Source: Alphaproteobacteria bacterium
Lineage (GTDB): Bacteria > Pseudomonadota > Alphaproteobacteria > SHVP01
Reading direction: 5' to 3'
DNA length: 64,000 bases
Assembly: GCA_016869765.1 (NCBI GenBank)
Contig: VGES01000011.1
Location: forward strand, 11,401 to 75,400
Positions 55,336 through 64,000 of this stretch are shown in pieces. The position numbers and the translations under genes were made by a program. Each line of letters opens with the position of its first letter. Within the stretch, counting starts at the first letter, position 1. The notes beneath the pieces were generated by a model. The model did not search any database. It was not told where the DNA came from and worked only from the letters and a program-made list of their open reading frames with translations.

Positions 55336-56448
55336 ATGCTCAATCACCAGCATTTCCACCCGATGATGCCGTCGGCCAATCACGACGAACTGGCGCGACA
55401 GCTGTTTGTCCTGCGACTTCGCGAGTACGTCGCGGGCGATCTGCAACCCGCCAACAAGATGGTCTTCGAGCGCCAGGTCGAGCCCGCCTTCGAGCGCCAG
55501 CACGGGCGCAAGCCGGCCCGCCGCGCCGAAGTTCGCGCGGCGATGGAGCGTCATCCGTTCCATCAGGCGTGGAGCGCGCTCAACGTGACGACGCAGGAGA
55601 TGATCTGGGAATCGGTGCAGACCTCGATCGATCGCCAGATCGACGACCTCAACGAACGAGCGGCCTCGGTCAAGGCCAGGCGGGGGACATTGCGCCTCGA
55701 TCGCACGGTCGAAGCCCCCCGCTATCTAACGGCCGTCGATATCCATCGCATGCCGGGCAACTACCACACCGAATACGAGCCCGGGGACGTCTATCAAGCG
55801 GCCCTGTTCGACCGCGGCGCCTTCATCTACGGCCGCGGCGGCCAGGGACCGTTCCACGCCAAGCGCGGCGAAGATGTCGTGAGGTACCTGCGCAAGGTTC
55901 ATCCCAACCTGAAGCCCAAACGCATCCTCGACATGGGCTGCACAGTGGGTGCCTCGACGATCCCGGTGGCCCGCGCGTTCCCCAACGCTGAGGTTCACGC
56001 GATCGACATCTCGGCCCCGTGCGTGCGATACGGCCATGCCCGCGCCGAGTTCCTCGGGGTCCCGATTCACTTTTCCCAGCAGGACTGCGAGAAAACGGAC
56101 TTCGCCGATGGCTCCTTCGACGTGGTTTTTTCGTGCATTCTGCTGCACGAGACCTCGGGCAAGGCCCTGCGCAACTACCTGCGCGAAAGTCACCGCCTGC
56201 TGAAGCCCGGCGGCGTCGCGCTGCACATGGACTTCTCCCGTTATGCCGGAAAGTCCCCCTACGATCAGTTCATGGGCGACTGGAGCACGCACCACAACCA
56301 CGAGCCGTTCATCGCCGGACTGGGCGATACCGACGTGGCAGCGGTCGCCCGTCAGGTCGGCTTCTCGTCGAACAAGGTGTCGCTCGAGTCGATGTCGCGC
56401 TACACCGAACCCGGCAACCACCTTTTCGTGCTCGACGCTCGGAGGTAG
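55336..56448 (+). CDS. Class I SAM-dependent methyltransferase with long N-terminal extension (copy 3)
   Basis: GGAGG RBS; NHDELARQ, AVDIHRMPGNY, RILDMGCTVGAST, LLHETS, WSTHHNHEPF. Confidence 0.88.
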   Translation: MLNHQHFHPMMPSANHDELARQLFVLRLREYVAGDLQPANKMVFERQVEPAFERQHGRKPARRAEVRAAMERHPFHQAWSALNVTTQEMIWESVQTSIDRQIDDLNERAASVKARRGTLRLDRTVEAPRYLTAVDIHRMPGNYHTEYEPGDVYQAALFDRGAFIYGRGGQGPFHAKRGEDVVRYLRKVHPNLKPKRILDMGCTVGASTIPVARAFPNAEVHAIDISAPCVRYGHARAEFLGVPIHFSQQDCEKTDFADGSFDVVFSCILLHETSGKALRNYLRESHRLLKPGGVALHMDFSRYAGKSPYDQFMGDWSTHHNHEPFIAGLGDTDVAAVARQVGFSSNKVSLESMSRYTEPGNHLFVLDARR

Positions 56449-56455
56449 TTCCGCG

Positions 56456-57127
56456 TCAGCGCCACTCGATGCCCTCGATCGCCTTCAGTTTCTCGATGTA
56501 GCCACGCTGATCGTAGGGTTTGGATCGGCCGGCGGGCGGGTAGGGTTGCGCCCGCCCCTGTCCGGCCGCCGTGAGCAATTTGTCCGCTTCGCGTAGCGGC
56601 AGCACCACAATTCCATCTTCGTCCGCCAGGATCAGATCGCCAGGATTAACGATCGCGCCGCCGCACACGATCGGCACGTTGATCGAGCCCGGGCCGTGGC
56701 CGCCGCCGATCGACTGGGCGACGGAGCCGCGCGCGAACACCGGCACGCCCTCGTGATCGATCAGTAGCTCGGTGGTCAACACCGCGCCGTCGACGATGAT
56801 GCCCGCGATGCCATGGGTCTTGGCACCCCAGGTCATGGTGGCGCCCCAGGCCGCGACCTCGGTGCGACCGCCGGCATCGATGACCAGCACGTCTCCAGGC
56901 TCGGCCATCAGCGTCGCGACTTGGCTCAACAGGGTATCGAACGGATTCTCGGCCGACACCGTCACCGCCGGGCCGGCGAAGCGCCAATCGCGTTTGAGCG
57001 GACGCAGCCCAGGGTCCATGACATTGCGCCGCCCCGCCTCGCCTCCGGCGATGCAGGCCCAGGTCTGGCGCGCCTTCTCGATCAGCGCCTTCGACGGCCG
57101 TTCGATCCTCGAGTTGATGACGTGCAT
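56456..57127 (-). CDS. RraA/HMG-aldolase fold protein (copy 2, atypical active site)
   Basis: FAGPAVTV, EPGDVLVIDAGG, PIVCGGAIVNPGDLILADEDGIVVLP. Confidence 0.88.
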   Translation of the reverse strand: MHVINSRIERPSKALIEKARQTWACIAGGEAGRRNVMDPGLRPLKRDWRFAGPAVTVSAENPFDTLLSQVATLMAEPGDVLVIDAGGRTEVAAWGATMTWGAKTHGIAGIIVDGAVLTTELLIDHEGVPVFARGSVAQSIGGGHGPGSINVPIVCGGAIVNPGDLILADEDGIVVLPLREADKLLTAAGQGRAQPYPPAGRSKPYDQRGYIEKLKAIEGIEWR

Positions 57128-57172
57128 GGCCCCTCCCTATGGTGTTTGATGTCTCACAGTTTGGAATCCGCC

Positions 57173-57850
57173 ATGCCGTTTGTCGCCGTCGAACATCACG
57201 GGTCGGTCACAGTCTTGACCCTCGATCGCCCGCCGGTGAACGCCATCGCCCTTGCAATTTGCGAGCAACTGTTCACCACCCTGGAGAAAATCGTCGCGAA
57301 ACCGCCGGCTGGTGGCCTCGTCGTGATCGGCCGCGGCCGGGCCTTCTCCGCCGGAGCCGATCTGAAGGAGGTTCCCACCTATGACGCGGCGCAGCGGTCG
57401 CGGCTCGACGAGACGTTCAGCCGGGCGATCCGAGCGCTCCTGGCCCTGCCCACTCCGGTCGTGGCCGCCCTCAACGGCCACGCCATCGGCGGCGGCCTGG
57501 TACTCGCCCTGGCGGGCGACCACCGTATCGCGGCAGAACGGCCGGCCGAATTCGGGTTCCCCGAGGCGGCCGTCGGCATCGCCTTCCCGCCGGTGCCCAT
57601 GGCGATCATCCGTGGCGCGATGAACCCAGTCGCGCTCAATCGCCTGGCCCTGGATGCCACCGCGCGATGGCCGCTCGACCGGGCCCGGCAGGAGGGGCTC
57701 ATCGACGTGGTGGTGCCCGCCGATCGCCTCCTGGAGGCGGCGATCGGTGAAGCAAAGCGACTCTCGGCAGCCCCAGGCTATGCGCTGGTCAAGCAGCAGT
57801 TGCGCGCCACCACCTTGGCCGAGGTCGACCGGTTGCTCGCTAACCGGTGA
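57173..57850 (+). CDS. Enoyl-CoA hydratase/isomerase family protein
   Basis: LDRPPVNA, AFSAGADL, NGHAIGGG, FPEAAVG; only the second catalytic Glu is present (isomerase-like); start 57173 or 57149. Confidence 0.88.
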   Translation: MPFVAVEHHGSVTVLTLDRPPVNAIALAICEQLFTTLEKIVAKPPAGGLVVIGRGRAFSAGADLKEVPTYDAAQRSRLDETFSRAIRALLALPTPVVAALNGHAIGGGLVLALAGDHRIAAERPAEFGFPEAAVGIAFPPVPMAIIRGAMNPVALNRLALDATARWPLDRARQEGLIDVVVPADRLLEAAIGEAKRLSAAPGYALVKQQLRATTLAEVDRLLANR

Positions 57851-58154
57851 GGTCGTTGTTGCCCACCGAAATGATGACGAGCGTGTCCTCGATCGCCTCT
57901 TCGCGATGCTTCTGCAACGGCGGCGTGATCGCGACGTCCCCAGGACCAAGCACGCGGTCGTCGACCTTCCAACTGCCGGAGACAACCGTCAGCTGTTCCC
58001 AGCCCGGGTGGCCGTGGGGCTCGAAGACCACGCCCTTTTTCACACGATAGGCGACCGTGTAGGCATTCGCACCACCGCGCCAAATCTCGAACTTCTCCGA
58101 ACCCGGATTGCTCGTCGGCTGGAACTTGTACTCGGCAAGTGTTCCGTACTGCAT
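57840..58154 (-). CDS. Small cupin domain protein
   Basis: MQYGTLAEY with GAGGG RBS; PHGHPGWEQLTVVSG, GDVAITPPLQKH. Confidence 0.82.
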   Translation of the reverse strand: MQYGTLAEYKFQPTSNPGSEKFEIWRGGANAYTVAYRVKKGVVFEPHGHPGWEQLTVVSGSWKVDDRVLGPGDVAITPPLQKHREEAIEDTLVIISVGNNDLTG

Positions 58155-58278
58155 AGTCCCTCGCACGTCGTTGGTGCACCGGCCGTCGGTTATAGCCGAA
58201 CCGGCATGCGGGCGCCCACCCTCACCCGACGCCATCCGATCTTGGAGTCCGCCCTGCCCTGGCCGCCGGGTTACGACG

Positions 58279-58356
58279 TATTCGGTCATGGCGCCGTGCA
58301 TCCAAGGCTGGGTGCAGCGGCCAAGGCCGTATCTGTACTTCCACGACCTGCGCTGC
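58279..58356 (+). pseudogene. Relic 3' end of a family-5 binding-protein paralog
   Basis: Translates YSVMAPCIQGWVQRPRPYLYFHDLRC versus YAVMAPCMRGWLWRPVPYAYWRDLRC (61008-61085); 17/26 identical by hand alignment. Confidence 0.8.
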
Positions 58357-58390
58357 GTAGGCAGCGCGGGTCGTCATTTTCGAGGATTGC

Positions 58391-58419
58391 GGGCGGCATG
58401 CAACGCCGCCCTTTCTTTT
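58391..58419 (+). terminator. Intrinsic terminator downstream of the relic
   Basis: GGGCGGC-ATGCAAC-GCCGCCC-TTTCTTTT. Confidence 0.75.
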
Positions 58420-59378
58420 CAGACCACGCCGAGGCGGAAACAGGCGGCGGCGCTGTCGGCCCCGATCGGGTCAAGTCCCGGCGAACGCTGCAAACAATCG
58501 GCAATCGCGATCGGGCATCGGCTGGCAAACACGCAGCCCTTCGGCAGGTTGAGCGGACTCGGGATCTCCCCTTCGAGACGCACGCGGTCGCCGCGACGGC
58601 CGCTCACCGGCAACCGCGCAGACAGGAGCGCCCGCGTGTAGGGATGCGCGGGTCGTTCGAACACCCGCTGCGAGGGGCCCATCTCGACGATGCGCCCGAG
58701 GTAGAGCACCAGCACGCGGTGACTGATGAAACGCACAGTTTCGAGATCATGCGAGATGAACAGCATCGCCGCCCCGGTTTCTCGCTGCAGCTCGGCCAGG
58801 AGATCGAGGATGTCCGCGCGCACCGACAAGTCGAGCGAACTCGTGGGTTCGTCGAGGATGATGAGCCGCGGCTTCGTCGCGATCGCGCGCGCAATACACA
58901 CCCGCTGCAATTGCCCGCCCGAGAGTTCGTGGGGAAAGCGATCGAGCGCTTCGCGACTGAGCCGCACGCGATCGGCCAGGGCCTCGACGCGCTGGCGCCG
59001 CGCGCCACCGTCGAGTCCGCTATGCAACTTGAGCGGCTCCTCGATGAGCCGGCCGATCCGCATCCGCGGGTTCAGGGCCCCCCACGGATTCTGAAACACG
59101 ATCTGAATCTTGTCGCGCAAAGTCCGGCACTGCGCCGTCGACCATCTTGCGATGTCCTCGCCGGCAAACACCACGGCGCCCTCCGAGGGGGTCAACAGGC
59201 GGGCGATGGCGCGGCCGATGGTCGACTTGCCGGAACCGCTTTCTCCCACGAGGCCCACCGTTTCTCCGACCCCGAGCGAAAACGAGACACCATTGACGGC
59301 GAAGATCGTGTCACCGGACAGCGGCGCGCGGAAACGCTTCGTCAGGTTGTCAACCGTAAGCAACGCGGTCTCGGCCAT
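58419..59378 (-). CDS. Peptide-type ABC transporter ATP-binding subunit (OppF/DppF-like)
   Basis: Start re-set to MAETALL (ATG 59378); GESGSGKST, LSGGQLQR, LDEPT, HPYTRALL, C-terminal Cys cluster. Confidence 0.93.
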   Translation of the reverse strand: MAETALLTVDNLTKRFRAPLSGDTIFAVNGVSFSLGVGETVGLVGESGSGKSTIGRAIARLLTPSEGAVVFAGEDIARWSTAQCRTLRDKIQIVFQNPWGALNPRMRIGRLIEEPLKLHSGLDGGARRQRVEALADRVRLSREALDRFPHELSGGQLQRVCIARAIATKPRLIILDEPTSSLDLSVRADILDLLAELQRETGAAMLFISHDLETVRFISHRVLVLYLGRIVEMGPSQRVFERPAHPYTRALLSARLPVSGRRGDRVRLEGEIPSPLNLPKGCVFASRCPIAIADCLQRSPGLDPIGADSAAACFRLGVV

Positions 59379-59510
59379 GGCCGGGCGACGATAACCAATG
59401 CCACCCGACTCGGCCAGCTTGACCGGGGTCCAGCCCGCGGCGAGAGTCGGGCCGGGGAACCGGCCGTACCTTCGCGGGGAAGGGCGCCACCCCACCATCG
59501 GGAGGAAGGC

Positions 59511-61097
59511 ATGATCCGACAACGCTCGATCCGTCAATTGGCCATTGCGGCCCTTTTGGGGGCCACCGCCATCAGCTCGCCCATTGCGAGCGCCCAGGCA
59601 CAACAGAACACGTTGGTGATCGCCGGGATCACGACGCCGAAAGGATTCGACGGTGACGTGTTTCTGCCGGGCACGTTGGAATCGGTCGTCAACATCAACG
59701 AGGGACTGACCGAATATGGACGCACCAAGGACAGCCAGGGGCGCGACGTGCTCGATGCCGCAAACGTCTCGCCCCATCTCGCCGAAAGCTGGACCGTCTC
59801 GCCGGACGGCAAGACCTATACCTTCAAGCTGCGCAGCGCCAAGAGCCCGTTCGGCAACGAACTGATCGCCGACGACCTCATCTTCGGCATGCGCAAATCG
59901 GAAGAACAGAAACGAACCGGCCTTTTCCTCAAGACCGTGGCGCTCATCGATACCATCGAAAAGGTGAGCGACAAGGAAATCCGCTACAACCTGAAATCGC
60001 CCAATCGCTCCTTCCTCCGCGTGCTGCAACTCTACACACCCGGTATCTACGACAGCCGAAAGGCTCGCGAGTTTGCCACCGCCGACGACCCGTTCGCCAC
60101 GAAGTGGCTGGGCCAGAACACGGCGGCCTATGGCGCTTATCACCTGCAGGAGAACCGCCAGGGCGAAGGCGCCATCTTCGTCGCCAACCCGAACTACTTC
60201 GGGCCCAAGCCGTTCTACAACCGCGTGGTGTTCCGCGAGGTGCCCTCGCCGGCCAATCGCGCCGCCCTGGTCCGAAACGGCGACGCCCAGTGGGCCGAGC
60301 AGGTACCGATGCAATCGATTCCGGACCTGATGCGCGACCGCAACGTCCAGGTCCAGCAAGTCATCGGGACCGGTACGGCACACGCCCTGCTGAACGCCAA
60401 GTACAAGCCGTTCGACGACGTGCGGGTGCGACGCGCCATCATCCAGGCGACGGACTTCGAGGCGATCAACAAGACTGTGTTCCTCGGTCTCGGAACCCGC
60501 TCGCGGTCATTCCTGCCTTCGATCCTGCCCGGCCACATTGAAGCCTATCGCTACGAGACCAACTACGACGCCGCGAAGAAGCTGCTCACCGAGGCCGGTT
60601 ATCCGAATGGCGTCGATGTTACGCTCGAGTACGCGGACAACTACTGGTGGGAGGAGCAGTTCTCCATCCAGGTGAAGGAGTCGGCGGCGAAGGCAGGCAT
60701 TCGCGTCACGCCCAAGCGCATCCCGTCGACCGAGATGAACACCCGTCGCGGCCCCGGACAGCGGACGATCCCGTTCTTCACGTACCAAACGACTCCGTTC
60801 GTCCTCGATCCCGGCTACGCGTTCTATCTCTCGGCCCATACAGCGGGCTCCAACAACACCGCCGCCTACTTCAAGAAGGAGATGGACGACCTGATCGATC
60901 AGATCGTGGTGGAAAAAGACGACGCCAAGTGGAAGTCGTTGTTGGCCGATGCCCAACGGATGCATGCCGAGGATGCGATCTACCTCGACACCTACTACCC
61001 CGGCGTCTACGCGGTGATGGCGCCGTGCATGCGCGGCTGGCTGTGGCGTCCGGTCCCGTACGCCTACTGGCGCGATCTGCGTTGCGAGCGTCGCTGA
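59511..61097 (+). CDS. ABC transporter substrate-binding protein, family 5 (third, distinct type)
   Basis: GGAGG RBS; signal peptide ending AQA; PHLAESWTVSPDGKTYTFKLR, PFDDVRVRRAI. Confidence 0.92.
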   Translation: MIRQRSIRQLAIAALLGATAISSPIASAQAQQNTLVIAGITTPKGFDGDVFLPGTLESVVNINEGLTEYGRTKDSQGRDVLDAANVSPHLAESWTVSPDGKTYTFKLRSAKSPFGNELIADDLIFGMRKSEEQKRTGLFLKTVALIDTIEKVSDKEIRYNLKSPNRSFLRVLQLYTPGIYDSRKAREFATADDPFATKWLGQNTAAYGAYHLQENRQGEGAIFVANPNYFGPKPFYNRVVFREVPSPANRAALVRNGDAQWAEQVPMQSIPDLMRDRNVQVQQVIGTGTAHALLNAKYKPFDDVRVRRAIIQATDFEAINKTVFLGLGTRSRSFLPSILPGHIEAYRYETNYDAAKKLLTEAGYPNGVDVTLEYADNYWWEEQFSIQVKESAAKAGIRVTPKRIPSTEMNTRRGPGQRTIPFFTYQTTPFVLDPGYAFYLSAHTAGSNNTAAYFKKEMDDLIDQIVVEKDDAKWKSLLADAQRMHAEDAIYLDTYYPGVYAVMAPCMRGWLWRPVPYAYWRDLRCERR

Positions 61098-61125
61098 AGC
61101 CGAGCTTGTGTAATCAGGGCCAGAC

Positions 61126-62142
61126 GTGACCGTCCTTCAGTTTGTCGCTCGGCGTCTGGCCCTGACGATCCCGCTCCTGCTCGGGATCATCTTCATCACG
61201 TTCATGCTTATCCGCATCGGTGGTCAGGATGCGGTCGGGATGCTGACCAGTCCGCTGGCCTCCAAGCAGGAGGTCGACGCCATCCGCGCCAGCCTCGGCC
61301 TCGACCGCCCGCTTCTCGAGCAGTTCGCCATCTACATCGGCAACGTCCTTCAGGGCGACCTCGGCAATTCGTGGCAGTCGAAACAGCCGGTGCTTGGCGA
61401 AATCCTCCGGCGCCTCCCGGCCTCGATCGAACTCCTGTTCCTTTCGATCATTCTCGGGGCCGCGATCGGTATTCCGATCGGGCTGCGCGCCGCGATGCGG
61501 CCGAACGGCCTGTTCGATCAGGTCAGCCGGTTCGTCTCGCTGATCGGCTTTTCGGTTCCGACCTATTGGATGGCGCTGATGGCGCTGTTCGTGTTCTATC
61601 TCGGGCTGCGTTGGACGCCGCCGCCGATGGGGCGGATCAGCATCGCGGCTTTCCCACCGAAACCGGTCACCGGCAGCTATTTTCTCGACAGCCTGTTTGC
61701 CGGCGATTGGTCGGCGGCCTCCTCCGCTGGCCACTATCTCATCCTTCCCGTCGCCGTGTTCTCGCTTATCGTCGCCGCGCCGATCATCAAGCAGACCCGA
61801 GCGATCGCCATCGAGATACTCAACAGCGACTACGTGCGCCTGGCGCGCCTCTACGGGTTTCGGCCGCAGACCATCCGCCGCCTGACGCTGCGCAACGCCT
61901 TCACCCCGATCGCCACCTACATCGGCTCCGAGCTCGCGACCCTGTTGGCCGCGGTGTCCTTGGTCGAGCTCGTGTTTTCGTGGGGCGGCCTCGGCCAATG
62001 GGGCCTGAATGCCATCCTGTTCGGCGATTTCGCGGCCGTGCAGGGCTACGTGCTCACGCTCGCGATCTTTGCCACGACGATCTACCTGCTCGTCGACGTC
62101 GCGGTTCTGGTTCTCGAACCACGGAGCGCGATCAGCAAATGA
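61126..62142 (+). CDS. ABC permease (OppB/DppB-like)
   Basis: LGLDRPL..QF, GDLGNSW, RLPASIEL, DYVRLARLYG, ELVFSWGGLG. Confidence 0.93.
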   Translation: MTVLQFVARRLALTIPLLLGIIFITFMLIRIGGQDAVGMLTSPLASKQEVDAIRASLGLDRPLLEQFAIYIGNVLQGDLGNSWQSKQPVLGEILRRLPASIELLFLSIILGAAIGIPIGLRAAMRPNGLFDQVSRFVSLIGFSVPTYWMALMALFVFYLGLRWTPPPMGRISIAAFPPKPVTGSYFLDSLFAGDWSAASSAGHYLILPVAVFSLIVAAPIIKQTRAIAIEILNSDYVRLARLYGFRPQTIRRLTLRNAFTPIATYIGSELATLLAAVSLVELVFSWGGLGQWGLNAILFGDFAAVQGYVLTLAIFATTIYLLVDVAVLVLEPRSAISK

Positions 62143-63029
62143 CCACGGCTTTCGTCCAGACCCGTCAGCCGCGCGGCCTGGTCCTCGCGTGGGCGATGCT
62201 CGTGGGCCTCACCCGACGCAGCCCGACGTTCGTGCTCGGCACGGCAATCGTCCTGGTGTTTGCCGCGCTGGCCGCCCTCGCCCCGTGGTTGACCGACTAC
62301 CGCCCGACCCAGACCTTCCCGGACCATGTGTTGTCGGGACCGAGCGCGCAGTTCTGGTTCGGCACCGACGGCAATGGTATGGACGTGTTCTCGCGCGTCA
62401 TCCACGGCAGCCAATACGCCTTCGGCATCGCCATTCCGGCGCTTCTCCTGATGATGGTGATTGGCGTGCCCGCGGGGCTCATCGCCGGCTATCGCGGCGG
62501 GGCGATCGACGATCTATTGTTGCGCACCTTCGATGTGCTGCGCGCGTTCCCGACGATCGTGCTCGCGCTCGCCGTCGTCGCCGCCACCGGCCAGTCGATC
62601 GTAATCGTCGTCCTGGTCATCGGTTTTCTCGAAGCCCCGATCTTCGCCCGCATCGTGCGCTCCGAAGTCCTTGCGCTGCGTTCGAGCGAACTCGTGGAAG
62701 CCGCCGTGGCCGTCGGCAACTCGACATGGCGCGTGATGCTCGTGCATGTGTTGCCGAACTCGATCCGCGGCGCCACGGCGCAAATGGCGATTCGCATGGC
62801 CTGGGCGATCCGCGTGTCCACGACACTCGCGTTCATCGGCGTCGGCATACAAGCGCCGGCACCGGAGTGGGGCGTGATGATCCGCCAGGGTGCCGAGTAC
62901 ATCAATTCGGGCGAGTGGTGGATTGCCACCTTCCCCGGCGTCGCGCTCGTCGGCCTCGTGCTCGGCCTCAACCTGTTTGGCGACGGCGCCCAGGATCTGC
63001 TCGATCCCAAGCATAGCGACAGCCGATGA
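62139..63029 (+). CDS. ABC permease (OppC/DppC-like)
   Basis: ATGA overlap; WFGTDGNGMDVFSR, ARIVRS, EAA loop, HVLPN, PEWG. Confidence 0.93.
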   Translation: MTTAFVQTRQPRGLVLAWAMLVGLTRRSPTFVLGTAIVLVFAALAALAPWLTDYRPTQTFPDHVLSGPSAQFWFGTDGNGMDVFSRVIHGSQYAFGIAIPALLLMMVIGVPAGLIAGYRGGAIDDLLLRTFDVLRAFPTIVLALAVVAATGQSIVIVVLVIGFLEAPIFARIVRSEVLALRSSELVEAAVAVGNSTWRVMLVHVLPNSIRGATAQMAIRMAWAIRVSTTLAFIGVGIQAPAPEWGVMIRQGAEYINSGEWWIATFPGVALVGLVLGLNLFGDGAQDLLDPKHSDSR

Positions 63030-63997
63030 GCCTGCTCGAGGTCGAAAACCTCCATACGCATTTCGTCAAGCGCGACCTACGCAACCAGGTACGGGTCGCA
63101 CGGGCGCTGAACGGCGTGTCCTTCCGCGTCGATCGCGGCGAGATCGTCGGGTTGGTCGGCGAAAGCGGGGCCGGAAAGTCACTCACCGCCTCGTCGATCA
63201 TGGGGCTCCTCGGCAAGAGCGCTCGCATCGTTCAAGGCTCGATTCGCTTCCAGGATCAGGAATTGGTCGGCATGACGGCTGAGCAACTCGATGCGGTGCG
63301 CGGCTCCGAGATCACGATGATCGTGCAGTCGCCGATCACCTCGCTCGATCCGCTCAGCCGAGTGGGTGATCAGTTGATTCGGGTGCAGCGCGAGCATCAC
63401 GCGGTCGCGCGCGAAGAGGCCCGTCGCCGGGCGATCGAGATGCTGATGACGGTCAAGATTCCCGACCCAGAACGGCGCATGCGTGCCTGGCCCCATGAAC
63501 TATCGGGCGGCATGGCGCAGCGCATCCTCATCGCCATGGCCCTGATAAACGCGCCCAAGCTGTTGATCGCCGATGAGCCCACGACCGGGCTCGACGTCAC
63601 CGTTCAGGCCCAGGTGCTCGACCTGCTGAACGACCTCGTACGCTCGCGCGACATGGCGGCAATCATCATCACGCACGATCTCGGCATCGTGGCCAACTAC
63701 TGCACGCGCGTCGCCGTGATGTTCTCGGGCGCGATCGTCGAAACCGGTCCGACCCGGGAGGTGTTCGCCCGACCACGGCACCCCTACACCCAGGCCCTTC
63801 TCGATTCCGTTCCCGAGCGGGCGAAACGCCGCGGCGGCGGCCAATTGAGCGGCGCACCGCCCAATCTCTATGCCCTGCCCACGGGCTGTCTCTACAACTA
63901 CCGCTGTTCGAAGGCGACGGAGACCTGTCGCGGGGTGCCGCCGCTCATCGATGTCGGGCCCGACCACCGGGCACTCTGCCACCACGCCAGCGCTTAA
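63026..63997 (+). CDS. Peptide-type ABC transporter ATP-binding subunit (OppD/DppD-like)
   Basis: GESGAGKS, LSGGMAQR, ADEPTT, HPYTQALL, C-terminal Cys cluster. Confidence 0.94.
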   Translation: MSLLEVENLHTHFVKRDLRNQVRVARALNGVSFRVDRGEIVGLVGESGAGKSLTASSIMGLLGKSARIVQGSIRFQDQELVGMTAEQLDAVRGSEITMIVQSPITSLDPLSRVGDQLIRVQREHHAVAREEARRRAIEMLMTVKIPDPERRMRAWPHELSGGMAQRILIAMALINAPKLLIADEPTTGLDVTVQAQVLDLLNDLVRSRDMAAIIITHDLGIVANYCTRVAVMFSGAIVETGPTREVFARPRHPYTQALLDSVPERAKRRGGGQLSGAPPNLYALPTGCLYNYRCSKATETCRGVPPLIDVGPDHRALCHHASA

Positions 63998-64000
63998 ACT

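Noticed and set aside
57654-61097. 1147-aa ORF suggesting a giant fusion protein
   Set aside because: Only 59511-61097 is a real binding protein with RBS and signal peptide; the upstream part is antisense to the cupin and oppF-like genes.

Overview
High-GC chromosomal window from an alphaproteobacterium (Rhodospirillales-like; inferred from gene order and the long-linker FtsZ). Bases 1-19.7 kb hold a complete minus-strand dcw cell-division/cell-wall cluster (mraZ-rsmH-ftsL-ftsI-murE-murF-mraY-murD-ftsW-murG-murC-murB-ddl-ftsQ-ftsA-ftsZ-lpxC, lpxC cut by the window edge), preceded by the RNase P RNA gene, a peptidoglycan amidase, an EamA transporter and a DjlA-like co-chaperone. The middle holds a fused 5-oxoprolinase/hydantoinase, two PldB-like hydrolases flanking a divergent MmgE/PrpD gene, two type II toxin-antitoxin modules, three tandem CsgA-like SDRs, a DUF4437-like cupin, puuE, sahR-metF-metH, mlaA-mlaC and ettA. 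Bases 45.2-64 kb are a paralog-rich accessory region. It carries three related ~370-aa SAM methyltransferases, two RraA-fold proteins lacking the aldolase RD motif, an alpha/beta hydrolase with Arg at the nucleophile position, three family-5 ABC binding proteins, a split peptide-type ABC transporter, a ureidoglycolate-lyase-like protein and a relic binding-protein 3' end with its own terminator. That region and an unexplained 161-nt rod-like element at 30198-30358 are the best candidates for undescribed biology. No CRISPR array, tRNA, rRNA, integrase or transposase was recognised. All calls come from motif recognition by eye; no database search was run.
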